This document shows, piece by piece, positions 30,761 to 40,275 of a DNA stretch of 64,000 bases. Origin of the DNA: Chloroflexota bacterium (GTDB taxonomy: Bacteria; Chloroflexota; UBA11872); NCBI GenBank assembly GCA_022824865.1, contig JAJDZD010000039.1, positions 55,106-119,105 of the forward strand. The letters are read 5' to 3'. The position numbers and the translations under genes were made by a program. The notes under the pieces are model-generated. The model had not been told where the DNA came from. It did not search any database and saw nothing but the letters and a program-made list of their open reading frames with translations. Every line of letters starts with the position of its first letter. Position 1 is the first letter of the stretch.

Positions 30761-32109
30761 GCGACGCACCGGTGGTGGTGGCCGGCGGCGGGCTGGCCGG
30801 CATCAGCGCGGCCCTGGCGCTGGCGGACGCGGGTCTGCGAGTCACGCTGCTGGAAGCGCGCGGACGCCTGGGCGGGGCTACATACTCGTTTCAGCGCGAC
30901 GGGCTTTGGCTCGATAACGGCCAGCACGTCTTCCTGCGTTGCTGCACGGCCTACCGTGATTTCATAGAGCGGATTGGCTCCGGCGACCTGGTGACGGTGC
31001 AGCGGCGGCTTGACATACCCGTCATCCATCCCGAGCGCGGCGTCAGCCGCCTGGCCCGCTCTAACTTGCCCGCACCGCTGCACCTGAGCCGAAGCCTGGC
31101 GGCATACCGGCATCTCGGCCGGTTGGACAAGCTGCGGGTCGTGCGCTCGGCGGCGGCGCTGGCGAGGTTGGACCTGGGTGACCGCAGCCTGGACGAACAG
31201 ACGTTTGGCCGATGGCTGCGCGACCGCGGCGTCTCGTCGCGGGCGCTCGAATCGTTCTGGGACCTGATTGTTCTGCCGACGTTGAATCTTCCCTCCGACG
31301 AGGCCTCGCTGTGGCAGAGCGCCATGGTGTTTCAAGTCGGGCTGCTGACCGACGGGCCGGCCGCCGATCTCGGATACGCAACCGTGCCGCTCGGCGAGGC
31401 CCACGGTGCGCGTGCGGCGGCGGCGCTGGAGGCGTCCGGCGTCGACGTGCGCCTGCATCGTGCGATTTCCGGCATTGAGCGGCCGCCGGTCGACGGGATC
31501 GACATCCGTCTGGGCGCGGAACGAATCTCGGCGTCGGCCCTGGTCCTGGCCGTGCCGCATGAGCAGGCGGCCAGGTTGGTCCCGGCGGCGGTGCATGCCA
31601 ACGCTGAGAGCTTCGCCGATCTGGGGCACAGCCCGATCGTCAACCTGCACGTGATCTACGACCGGCACGTTATGGAACACGCGTTTGCCGCCGGCGTGGG
31701 GTCACCGGTGCAATGGGTGTTTGACCGGAGCGCCGCGGCGGGCTTGACTATGGGCCAGTGTCTGGCCGTTTCGCTTTCGGGCGCCACGGCTTACGCCGAG
31801 CGCCCGACCGAGGAGTTGCGCGCGATGTTCCTCCCCGAACTCGCCCGCGTGTTCCCCAGGGCCGCCGACGCGCACGTCACGGCGTTCTACGTCACTCGAG
31901 AGCACCGCGCCACGTTTCGCCCCGTCCCCGGCACGCTGCGGCTGCGGCCGCGGGCGACAACGGCTGACCCGCGCATCGCGTTGGCCGGCGCGTGGACTGA
32001 TACCGGCTGGCCGGCCACGATGGAAGGCGCGGTGCGCAGCGGCCGCCAGGCGGCCCGCAGTGTCCTGCTGGCCCTCGGCCGCGAACGGAATCTGCCTACG
32101 GCCGCATGA
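30757..32109 (+). CDS. hpnE: Hydroxysqualene dehydroxylase HpnE (FAD amine-oxidase family)
   Basis: VVVAGGGLAGISAALALA dinucleotide motif. GTGA overlap with hpnD and ATGA overlap with shc. Confidence 0.85.
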   Translation: MSDAPVVVAGGGLAGISAALALADAGLRVTLLEARGRLGGATYSFQRDGLWLDNGQHVFLRCCTAYRDFIERIGSGDLVTVQRRLDIPVIHPERGVSRLARSNLPAPLHLSRSLAAYRHLGRLDKLRVVRSAAALARLDLGDRSLDEQTFGRWLRDRGVSSRALESFWDLIVLPTLNLPSDEASLWQSAMVFQVGLLTDGPAADLGYATVPLGEAHGARAAAALEASGVDVRLHRAISGIERPPVDGIDIRLGAERISASALVLAVPHEQAARLVPAAVHANAESFADLGHSPIVNLHVIYDRHVMEHAFAAGVGSPVQWVFDRSAAAGLTMGQCLAVSLSGATAYAERPTEELRAMFLPELARVFPRAADAHVTAFYVTREHRATFRPVPGTLRLRPRATTADPRIALAGAWTDTGWPATMEGAVRSGRQAARSVLLALGRERNLPTAA

Positions 32110-34001
32110 GTGTCGAAGTTTCCGCGCGGCCCAACGCGCTCTCCAACGCCATCGAACGGGCACGCCGCTACGTGTTGGGCTTGCAGCATCCCGAGGGCTG
32201 GTGGAAAGGCGAACTGGAGAGCAACGTCACCATCGAGGCCGAGGACCTCTTCCTGCGGCGTTACCTGGGCATCCTGGATAGCGGTACGACCGAGCGGACC
32301 GTGCGCTGGATTCGCTCGCGCAGGCTGCCGGACGGCACCTGGAACAACTTCCACGGCGGCCCGTCCGATCTCCACACCACCACCGAGGCCTACGTGGCGC
32401 TGCGGCTGGCCGGCGACCAACCGGACGACGCCCCCATGCAGCAGACGGCGGCATGGATTCGCGAGCAGGGCGGCGTGGAAGCGACTCGCACCTTCACGCG
32501 CTTCTGGCTGGCGTTGAACGGCTGGTGGTCGTGGGACGACGTACCGGCCATGCCGCCGGAGGTCATGCTGCTGCCGCCCTGGTGGCCGCTGAACATCTAC
32601 GACTTTGCCTGCTGGGCGCGCCAGACCTATGTGGCGTTGACGATCATTCGCTCCCATGAGCCGGTTCGCCCCGCACCGTTTTCAATCGACGAGCTGCGCA
32701 CGTTTGAGTCACTGCCCATGGACGACTCGTTCCTGACGTGGACCGGGCTCTTCAACCATGTCGACCGATTGCTCCGGTGGTACCAGAAGCGTCCGATCAG
32801 CTGGCTGCGCAAGGCGGCGCTGAGCCGCGCCGAGGCCTGGATCGTGCGGCGACAGGAGCGCGACGGATCCTGGGGCGGCATCCAGCCGGCGTGGGTCAAC
32901 TCGATCATCGCGCTGACGCTGCGCGGCTATCCGCTGGACCACCCGATGATCGCGCGGGCCCTGGATGGACTCGACACCTTCACCATTGAGGATGGGCACA
33001 CGCGTCGCCTGGAAGCGTGCCAATCGCCGGTGTGGGACACCGCCATGGCCATCGAGGCGCTCACCGACTCCGGCACACCCTGCGACGATCCGCGACTCAT
33101 TCAAGCGGCGGACTGGCTGCTGGACCAGGAAGTCCGTGTGAGAGGCGACTGGAGCGTCCGGCGGCCCCACCTCGCGCCCGCCGGCTGGGCCTTCGAGTTT
33201 GCCAACGACAACTATCCCGACGTCGATGACACCGCCGAAGTCGGGCTGGCGCTGCGGCGAGTCGACCATCCCGATCCGGACCGTGTGGACGCCGCGCTGG
33301 TACGGGCGCGTGGTTGGATTGAAGGCATGCAATCGCGTAATGGCGGCTGGGGTGCGTTCGACGCCGATAACACCAACACGCTGTGCCGTCAGCCGTCGTT
33401 CCGCGACTTCGGCGAGGTCATCGACCCGCCCTCGGCCGACGTCACTGCCCGCGCCCTGCACTTCCTGGCGCAGGAGGACGCGCTGGGCACTGAAACGGCG
33501 CGGCGAGGTCTGGACTGGCTGCGCGCCGAGCAGGAGACCGACGGCTCCTGGTTTGGCCGCTGGGGCGCCAATCACATCTACGGGCTGAGCGTGGTAGTTC
33601 CCGCGCTGGTCGCCGCGGGGACGCCGACGAGCGATCCCGCGCTCCGTCGCGCGGTGGCCTGGCTGGAGGCTCACCAGAACGCCGATGGAGGCTGGGGCGA
33701 GGATCTGCGCTCCTATAGCGACCCCTCCTGGATCGGTCGCGGCGCCAGCACCGCTTCGCAGACGGCCTGGGCTCTGATAGCCCTGTTGGAGGCAAACGCG
33801 GATTCGCCAGCCGTCCAACGCGGCGTGGACTTCCTTATTCGCACCCAGCGGGACGACGGCAACTGGGACGAAGACTTCTACACCGGCACCGGCTTCCCCG
33901 GCGCCTTCTACATCAACTATCACTTCTATCGTCTGCTGTTTCCGTTGATGGCGCTCGGGCGGTACGCCAAGAAAGTGGGGCGGGACGAGGACGGCATGTG
34001 A
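32106..34001 (+). CDS. shc: Squalene-hopene cyclase
   Basis: 631 aa. Repeated QW-type motifs and the catalytic DxDD motif (YPDVDDTAEVG). Confidence 0.95.
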   Translation: MSVEVSARPNALSNAIERARRYVLGLQHPEGWWKGELESNVTIEAEDLFLRRYLGILDSGTTERTVRWIRSRRLPDGTWNNFHGGPSDLHTTTEAYVALRLAGDQPDDAPMQQTAAWIREQGGVEATRTFTRFWLALNGWWSWDDVPAMPPEVMLLPPWWPLNIYDFACWARQTYVALTIIRSHEPVRPAPFSIDELRTFESLPMDDSFLTWTGLFNHVDRLLRWYQKRPISWLRKAALSRAEAWIVRRQERDGSWGGIQPAWVNSIIALTLRGYPLDHPMIARALDGLDTFTIEDGHTRRLEACQSPVWDTAMAIEALTDSGTPCDDPRLIQAADWLLDQEVRVRGDWSVRRPHLAPAGWAFEFANDNYPDVDDTAEVGLALRRVDHPDPDRVDAALVRARGWIEGMQSRNGGWGAFDADNTNTLCRQPSFRDFGEVIDPPSADVTARALHFLAQEDALGTETARRGLDWLRAEQETDGSWFGRWGANHIYGLSVVVPALVAAGTPTSDPALRRAVAWLEAHQNADGGWGEDLRSYSDPSWIGRGASTASQTAWALIALLEANADSPAVQRGVDFLIRTQRDDGNWDEDFYTGTGFPGAFYINYHFYRLLFPLMALGRYAKKVGRDEDGM

Positions 34002-34131
34002 CGGCGGGAACTGCTTCGAGACGTTTCGATCCCAATTGGGACTGCCGACCGTCCTCATTCAGCAGCAATCTGCGAGTTGATCTCTCCGGCGGGTGGCTTC
34101 GCCGTGTAATCGCATAAATGCTATACTCCCG

Positions 34132-34464
34132 ATGACCCTGAATTGGACCGTTGAGGTCTTGAATGCGACCGTCGAGAAGGAGCTTGACGCACTGCCCGCC
34201 GACATGCGGGCACGATTCGCGCATATCGGCGAGTTGATCGCCGAGTTCGGGCTGAACCGGGTTGGTATGCCGCACGTCAGGCACCTGACCGGTCCACTGT
34301 GGGAGATGCGACTGAGAGGAAGGGATGGGATTTCACGTGCGCTATACGTGGCCGTACAGGATCGGCGAGTCGTCGTGGTGCGAGTTTTCGTCAAGAAGAC
34401 GCAGTCAACGCCGCGACGGGAGATTGACCTCGCGCTACGACGCGCCCGGGAGGTATTGACATGA
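34132..34464 (+). CDS. higB: RelE/HigB-type toxin (phage Gp49-like, DUF891)
   Basis: MTLNWTVEVLNATVEKELDALPADMRARF...LWEMRLRGRDGISRALYV...VVVVRVFVKKTQSTP matches the Gp49/HigB-like family. 4-nt overlap with the downstream HTH gene. A TATACT box lies just upstream. Confidence 0.7.
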   Translation: MTLNWTVEVLNATVEKELDALPADMRARFAHIGELIAEFGLNRVGMPHVRHLTGPLWEMRLRGRDGISRALYVAVQDRRVVVVRVFVKKTQSTPRREIDLALRRAREVLT

Positions 34465-34751
34465 GCGACGTCCGCGCCCTGCATAAGAAATGGCTGCGAG
34501 CTCCCGCCTATCGAGAAGCTTATGACGAACTTGCGCCGGAGTTCCGGCTGGCGCGGGCCCTGATCGAGGCGCGCGCCAACGCCGGGCTCACGCAGGCACA
34601 ACTGGCCGAACGCATGCAGACCACCCAGTCGGTCGTGGCCCGCCTCGAAAGCGGACGCGCCCACCCCTCCACCCGCACGCTCGAGAAGTTCGCCCAGGCC
34701 GCCGGGATGCGGCTCAAGATCAGCTTCGAGCCGATCGAAGGGACAGCCTGA
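34461..34751 (+). CDS. higA: XRE-family HTH antitoxin (HigA-like)
   Basis: 96 aa with an XRE HTH core (RANAGLTQAQLAERMQTTQSVVARLESG). Confidence 0.75.
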   Translation: MSDVRALHKKWLRAPAYREAYDELAPEFRLARALIEARANAGLTQAQLAERMQTTQSVVARLESGRAHPSTRTLEKFAQAAGMRLKISFEPIEGTA

Positions 34752-34776
34752 TCGAGACTCCGGTGGAATACTGAGG

Positions 34777-34782
34777 TATAAT
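34777..34782 (+). promoter_or_regulatory. Consensus -10 box (TATAAT) for a probably leaderless mazEF transcript
   Basis: TATAAT ends 6 nt before the ATG at 34789 and no Shine-Dalgarno lies between them. I could not find a convincing -35. Confidence 0.3.
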
Positions 34783-34788
34783 CTCGGT

Positions 34789-35025
34789 ATGAAAACGGCA
34801 ATCTCGCTTCCCGATGATCTGTTTCAGGCAGCCGACGAGCTGGCTAGGGAGTTGGGCGTAACTCGCAGCAAGCTGTACGCCACCGCCGTCTCCGAATACC
34901 TCGCGAGGCGCCGCGACGAGCACATCACGGCGCTGCTGGACGAGGTCTATGGCGAGCAGCCGAGTCAGTTGGCGCCCGAACTGCGCCGCATGCAAGGGCG
35001 GAGTCTCGCGGCTGACGAGTGGTAG
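34789..35025 (+). CDS. mazE: Ribbon-helix-helix antitoxin (MazE/CopG-like)
   Basis: MKTAISLPDDLFQAADELARELGVTRSKLYATAVSEYL is RHH-type. It overlaps the downstream mazF start. Confidence 0.7.
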   Translation: MKTAISLPDDLFQAADELARELGVTRSKLYATAVSEYLARRRDEHITALLDEVYGEQPSQLAPELRRMQGRSLAADEW

Positions 35026-35420
35026 TCGAGCGGGGCGACATCTGGTGGGCCGACCTGGACGAGCCGCGAGGATCCGAGCCTGGGTTTCGACGACCGGTGC
35101 TCATCGTGCAGGCGGACGCATTCAACCGTAGCCGGCTTGGGACGGTTCTAGGGCTGGCGCTGACAACAAACCTCCGGCTGGCCGCCGCTCCCGGCAATGT
35201 CGTTATGTCGGCGTCGGAAGCCGGGCTCCCTCGGCCATCGGTGGTCAACGTGACGCAACTGGTGACCGTTGACCGCGCCTATCTCTTGGAACCGGCTGGC
35301 CAGGCGCCGCGCCAGGTGATGGCGCGCATCGACGATAGCCTTCGTCTGGTCCTCGGCCTGAAGGACTCTGGACGCTCGCGCGCTCCCGTCGTAGGTTTGG
35401 CGGCAGCCTCTCGACGGTGA
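35019..35420 (+). CDS. mazF: MazF/PemK-family endoribonuclease toxin
   Basis: ERGDIWWADLDEPRGSEPGFRRPVLIVQADAFN...TTNLRLAAAPGNV...LPRPSVVNVTQLVTVD is the canonical MazF/PemK pattern. Confidence 0.85.
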   Translation: MVVERGDIWWADLDEPRGSEPGFRRPVLIVQADAFNRSRLGTVLGLALTTNLRLAAAPGNVVMSASEAGLPRPSVVNVTQLVTVDRAYLLEPAGQAPRQVMARIDDSLRLVLGLKDSGRSRAPVVGLAAASRR

Positions 35421-35430
35421 ATGGTTCTTC

Positions 35431-36441
35431 ATGGGCGTTCCGCTGCGTCAGAGCCTGGCGGTGGGGTGGTATCTCTTTCGCCAGCGGCTGCAGGGGCGTG
35501 AAAAGTTCCCGCTCATCGTGGAGCTCGAGCCGCTCTACGCCTGCAACCTGGCCTGCGAGGGCTGCGGCAAGATCCAGCATCCAACCGAGACGCTGCGGCG
35601 GCGTATGCCGGTGGAGCAGGCGCTCGCGGCGATCGAGGAGAGCGGCGCGCCGATGGTTTCCATTGCCGGCGGCGAGCCGCTGATCCATCCCGAGATCGAC
35701 CGGATAGCCGACGAACTCGTGCGCCGGCGCAAGTTCGTGTACCTGTGCACCAACGCGATCATGCTGGAGCAGAAGCTTCACCTGTTCACACCCTCGCCCT
35801 ATTTCGCGTTCGCCATTCACCTGGACGGTTTGAAAGAGCGGCACGACCAGTCCGTGGCGCGCGACGGCGTGTTTGAGGTGGCCGTGGCCGCCATCAAGGC
35901 GGCGCAGAAGGCTGGCTTCCGCGTCACTACCAACACCACCTTCTTCACCCACGATTCGGCGCAGGACGTGCGGGCGGTGCTGGACTTCCTGAATGACGAG
36001 TTGGAAGTGGACAGCATGATGATCTCGCCGGGCTACGCCTACGAGAAGGCGCCCGACCAGGAGCACTTTCTTCCCGTCGATCGCACTCGCGCCGTGTTCA
36101 GTGAGGCCTTTGCCGACGGACGGCGCGACCGCTGGCGCCTGAACCACAGCCCGTTGTTCCTTGATTTCCTGGAAGGCAAGGTCGACTACCAGTGCACCGC
36201 CTGGGGAATCCCCAGCTACTCCATCTTCGGCTGGCAGCGGCCCTGCTACCTGATGGCCGACGGCTACGCGGAGTCATACAAGGAGCTGCTGGAAACCACC
36301 GATTGGGACGCCTACGGCCGCGGGAAGGATCCGCGCTGCGCCAACTGCATGGCGCATTGCGGGTACGAGCCAACGGCGGTGCTGGATACGGCCTCGTCGG
36401 CCAAGGAGTCAGTTCGCGCCCTGGCCGGTGCGCTGCGCTAG
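35431..36441 (+). CDS. hpnH: Adenosyl-hopene transferase HpnH (radical SAM)
   Basis: YLFRQRLQGREKFPLIVELEPLYACNLACEGCGKIQHP carries the CxxxCxxC radical-SAM motif in the HpnH-typical N-terminal context. Confidence 0.9.
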   Translation: MGVPLRQSLAVGWYLFRQRLQGREKFPLIVELEPLYACNLACEGCGKIQHPTETLRRRMPVEQALAAIEESGAPMVSIAGGEPLIHPEIDRIADELVRRRKFVYLCTNAIMLEQKLHLFTPSPYFAFAIHLDGLKERHDQSVARDGVFEVAVAAIKAAQKAGFRVTTNTTFFTHDSAQDVRAVLDFLNDELEVDSMMISPGYAYEKAPDQEHFLPVDRTRAVFSEAFADGRRDRWRLNHSPLFLDFLEGKVDYQCTAWGIPSYSIFGWQRPCYLMADGYAESYKELLETTDWDAYGRGKDPRCANCMAHCGYEPTAVLDTASSAKESVRALAGALR

Positions 36442-36450
36442 GGCGCCTGC

Positions 36451-37203
36451 CTAGCCAAACCAACGCTCCAATCGTCCGTAGAGACCTGGCAACGTGGCCT
36501 GCAGCCAGATTGGAATCCGCAGCCAGCCCGGTATGACGACTTCGGATTGATCGCGGGAAATGGCGCGTACGATGGCCCGCGCCACGCGTTCGGGCGGTAG
36601 CGGCTGCGGCCAGCTACGGTCATAGGGTGCGCCGCGACGTTCGAAGAAGGGCGTCTCCACCACACCCGGAATAACGACTGTCACCCCCACGCCGGTTCCG
36701 GCCAGTTCCGCATCCAGGGCGCGGCTGAAGACAGCCAGCGCGCCCTTCGTCGCGCTATAGACCGTCTCGTTCGGCACCCCCAGGCGACCCGCAATGGAAG
36801 CGACATTCACCACGCGACCGCGACCCCGTTGCCGCATGCCCGGCAGGACCGTCTGGGTCAGCGCTAGTGGAGCGCGCACGTTTAGCTTGAGCAGCCGGTC
36901 AATGTCCTCGGCGCTGTGTTCGGCCAGCGGAGCGAAGCGCCCGAATCCGGCGCAGTTGACCAGGATGTCGACCGGCGCAAGTTCGGCCAGCGACCGCTCC
37001 ACAAGCCGCCGGACCTGGTCGGCGGCTTCGAGGTCGACCGGCAGCACCGTGACGCCCGTGGTCTCCGCAAGCGCGCGGAGGGACTGCAGGTCGCGCCCGA
37101 TTCCAACGACCCTGGCGCCGGCCTCGGCCAGGGCTATGGCAACGGCGCGCCCGATCCCGCTGCTGGCGCCCGTAACGAGGGCGGTGGAACCGGCGATATC
37201 CAT
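36451..37203 (-). CDS. Classical SDR oxidoreductase
   Basis: TGASSGIGRA cofactor motif and YSATKGAL (YxxxK) active site. Confidence 0.85.
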   Translation of the reverse strand: MDIAGSTALVTGASSGIGRAVAIALAEAGARVVGIGRDLQSLRALAETTGVTVLPVDLEAADQVRRLVERSLAELAPVDILVNCAGFGRFAPLAEHSAEDIDRLLKLNVRAPLALTQTVLPGMRQRGRGRVVNVASIAGRLGVPNETVYSATKGALAVFSRALDAELAGTGVGVTVVIPGVVETPFFERRGAPYDRSWPQPLPPERVARAIVRAISRDQSEVVIPGWLRIPIWLQATLPGLYGRLERWFG

Positions 37204-37301
37204 GCCAGATATACGTCAGGCAACTCGGGGGACGGGGGCGCCAGTATTGCGCGAATCACTGTTCAACGGGCACTATCGATCAACGCCCACGGCTCGGGTG
37301 T

Positions 37302-39185
37302 TTGCAAAGGGGGAGTGTGGTGGACCGCATACTTGAACGGATTGCGGATCCATCGGATCTGCGTGCAATGACGGACGCGGAGCTCGACCGCCTGGCCGAG
37401 GAGATTCGCCAGGTCATCATCGAAACGGTCGATGCTAACGGCGGCCACTTGGCCAGCAATCTCGGTGTGGTCGAGATCACCCTGGCGCTGCACCGCGCGC
37501 TCGAAAGTCCCAGGGACAAAATCGTCTGGGACACCAGCAATCAAACCTATCCGCACAAGCTGGTCACGGGCCGCGCCGCTGACTTTCCGACGCTGCGGCA
37601 GCCTGGCGGCTTGTCGGGATTTGCCGCTCGCGAAGAAAGCCCGCACGACATCATGGGCGCCGGCCATGCCGGGACCGGCGTATCAGCCGGCGTGGGCATC
37701 GCGGTTGCCGCGCAGTTGCGGGGCGAGACCTCGGCAACCGTGGCGGTCATTGGCGACGGCTCGTTTACCTCGGGCGTCGTCTTTGAGGCGCTGAATCAGG
37801 CCGGCGACCTGGGGCTGCCCTTCGTGGTCTTGCTGAACGACAACGGCATGTCCATATCGCCAAACGTGGGCGCGTTGAGCCGCAACATGGGGCGCGGACG
37901 CGAGACCTGGCAGCCGGACGACCCTGAAGCTCAGGCGCGCTTCACCGAGACCCAGATGGCCACCGAGCCGACCGAACCGTTTGCCGATGCCGCCGACTTC
38001 TGCGGGGCGTTCGGGTTTGAGTACATGGGCCCGGTGGACGGCCATGATCGTCCGGAGCTTGAGTCAGTGATTCGGACCGCCGTAGAACGCCGTGGTCCGG
38101 TGCTGATTCACGCCTTTACGCGCAAGGGCAAGGGGCTGCCGACAGCTGAGGCCGACCCCGTAACGTTGCACCAACCCGGCACCGCCCAAGCCGTGGGGGC
38201 CGCCAATGCCACCAGCTACAGCAAGGTGCTGGCGCGAACGCTGACGGACCTCGCCCACGAGGACGACCGGATTGTGGCCATCAGCGCGGCGATGTGCGAG
38301 GGCACCGCGCTGGCCGACATGCAGCGCGAGCTGCCCGACCGGGTCTTCGACGTCGGCATCGCCGAGGGCCACGCCGTGGCCATGGCCGCCGGCCTGGCCA
38401 CGCAGGGGCTGCGGCCCGTGGTCTGCATCTACAGCACCTTCCTGCAGCGCGCCTTTGACCAGATCGTGCATGACGTTGCGATCCAGAACCTGCCGGTGAT
38501 CCTGGGCGTGGACCGCGCGGGAATCGTCGGCGATGACGGACGTACGCACCATGGGGTGCTGGACCTAGCCTATCTGCGGGCGATCCCCAACTTCGTTGTG
38601 GCGGCGCCCAAGGACGAGGACGAACTGCGTCACCTGTTCCGGACGGCGCTGGCCAGCGATCGGCCGTTTGCAATCCGGTATTCCCGCGGCTCCGGGGTCG
38701 GCGTCCCGCTCCAAGGACCGCCTCGCGTGCTGCCGATTGGCCGCGCCGAAATGCTGCGTGACGGATCCGACATCACGATCCTGGCCTTGGGCTGGGGCGT
38801 TGCGCCAGCCATGGAAGCCGCCGAGCGCCTGGATCGGCTGGGCGTTCAGGCCGCGGTCGTCAATGCACGCTTCGTCAAGCCGCTGGACCGTGACTTGATA
38901 TGCGAGCTTGCCGCACGTACCCGTAGCGTGGTCACGGTCGAGGACCACAACCTGATGGGCGGCTTTGGGAGCGCGGTAGTCGAGTTGCTGGCGGACAATG
39001 GTCTGGGCGACGTGCAGGTCCGCCGGGTCGCCATGCCGGACATGTTCCATGAGCACGGACCGGCTGACAGCATTCGAGCCGCGCACGGCCTCAGCGCGTC
39101 CGGCATCGTGGACGCCGCCTGCGCCCTCACCGACCACGCGGTCGCGGTTCGCATCGACGCGGGACGACTGATCGTCGGATCCTGA
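37302..39185 (+). CDS. dxs: 1-deoxy-D-xylulose-5-phosphate synthase
   Basis: 627 aa. LERIADPSDLR, GHLASNLG, and the TPP motif GDGSFTSG...LNDN. The start could instead be a GTG a few codons downstream, just after GGGGGAG. Confidence 0.9.
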   Translation: MQRGSVVDRILERIADPSDLRAMTDAELDRLAEEIRQVIIETVDANGGHLASNLGVVEITLALHRALESPRDKIVWDTSNQTYPHKLVTGRAADFPTLRQPGGLSGFAAREESPHDIMGAGHAGTGVSAGVGIAVAAQLRGETSATVAVIGDGSFTSGVVFEALNQAGDLGLPFVVLLNDNGMSISPNVGALSRNMGRGRETWQPDDPEAQARFTETQMATEPTEPFADAADFCGAFGFEYMGPVDGHDRPELESVIRTAVERRGPVLIHAFTRKGKGLPTAEADPVTLHQPGTAQAVGAANATSYSKVLARTLTDLAHEDDRIVAISAAMCEGTALADMQRELPDRVFDVGIAEGHAVAMAAGLATQGLRPVVCIYSTFLQRAFDQIVHDVAIQNLPVILGVDRAGIVGDDGRTHHGVLDLAYLRAIPNFVVAAPKDEDELRHLFRTALASDRPFAIRYSRGSGVGVPLQGPPRVLPIGRAEMLRDGSDITILALGWGVAPAMEAAERLDRLGVQAAVVNARFVKPLDRDLICELAARTRSVVTVEDHNLMGGFGSAVVELLADNGLGDVQVRRVAMPDMFHEHGPADSIRAAHGLSASGIVDAACALTDHAVAVRIDAGRLIVGS

Positions 39186-39312
39186 GGCGGGACCGCTGAG
39201 CACTCGGCCGTCGGCGACGACTCCGGCACCAGAGGTTCTGGACCGCTATCGCGAGCGTATCGACGCGGAACTTCATCGTGCCGTCGAAGGGCCCGACCTG
39301 CCTCTGTACACC

Positions 39313-40242
39313 ATGGCCCGCTATCAGCTGGGCCAGGTCAACGCTGACGGGTCGCCCGCCGCCACCGACCGAGGCAAGGCCGTCCGCCCCACGCTGTGCC
39401 TGCTGATGTGCGAGGCGCTGGGCGGCGACTTGGAGGCGGCGCTGCCCGCGGCGGCCGGGCTGGAACTGCTGCACAACTTCACGCTGGTGCACGACGACGT
39501 GATGGATGACGATGAGACGCGCCGGCACCGCCCCACCGTCTGGGTGGTCTGGGGACGCCCCCAGGCCATCGACGCCGGCGACCTGCTCCACGTGCTGGCG
39601 ACGCTGAGCGTGCTACGAAGCGGAGGCAACGGCGCCTCAGCACCGCTGGCCAAGGACGCCACCGAAGTGGTCACGCAGGGATGTCGGCTGGTCACCGAAG
39701 GACAGCACCTGGACATCGCGTTCGAGACCGCGGCGAACGTGGGTGTGGCCGACTACCTGGACATGATTGCCCGCAAGTCGGCGGCGTTGCTCGCGGTAGC
39801 CTTCGAACTCGGCGCCATCTTTGCCGGCAACGACCCGGCCACGCGCGCCGCCTGCCGCGCCTATGGCCGGGAACTGGGCGTCGTCTTCCAAATTCGCGAC
39901 GACGTGCTGGGCATCTGGGGCGATCCCGCGGTGACCGGGAAACCGGTGGGCGCCGACATCCAGAAGCGAAAGAAGACCTTGCCCATCATTCACGCGCTGG
40001 AGACCTCGGACGGACCTGACCGGACACGTCTGCGATCGATGTTCAGCGACAACCGCGTGCCGCCCGACGTCGAGGCAGCCACGGCGATTCTGGAACGCGC
40101 GGGATCCCGAGACTTCACAGAACACCGCCTTCGCCAGCACGCGCACCAGGCCGGGGAAGCTCTGAGCCAGCTACCGGTCAGCGATTGGGGCCGCCGCAAC
40201 CTTGAGGCGGTGGCAACCTACATCGCGACGCGCGACCGCTAA
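39313..40242 (+). CDS. Polyprenyl diphosphate synthase (trans-IPPS)
   Basis: First Asp-rich motif LVHDDVMDDDETRR and second motif FQIRDDVLG. The N-terminus is probably longer than the track ORF (see finding). Confidence 0.85.
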   Translation: MARYQLGQVNADGSPAATDRGKAVRPTLCLLMCEALGGDLEAALPAAAGLELLHNFTLVHDDVMDDDETRRHRPTVWVVWGRPQAIDAGDLLHVLATLSVLRSGGNGASAPLAKDATEVVTQGCRLVTEGQHLDIAFETAANVGVADYLDMIARKSAALLAVAFELGAIFAGNDPATRAACRAYGRELGVVFQIRDDVLGIWGDPAVTGKPVGADIQKRKKTLPIIHALETSDGPDRTRLRSMFSDNRVPPDVEAATAILERAGSRDFTEHRLRQHAHQAGEALSQLPVSDWGRRNLEAVATYIATRDR

Positions 40243-40275
40243 GTCAACAGCACGACTCGCTATGGGCCTGTGGCC

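Noticed and set aside
28910-34058. Series of long minus-strand ORFs (28910..30565, 30643..31680, 31887..32657, 32709..34058)
   Set aside because: All are antisense to the well-supported hpnC, hpnD, hpnE and shc genes, and their products are Arg/Pro/Gly-rich.
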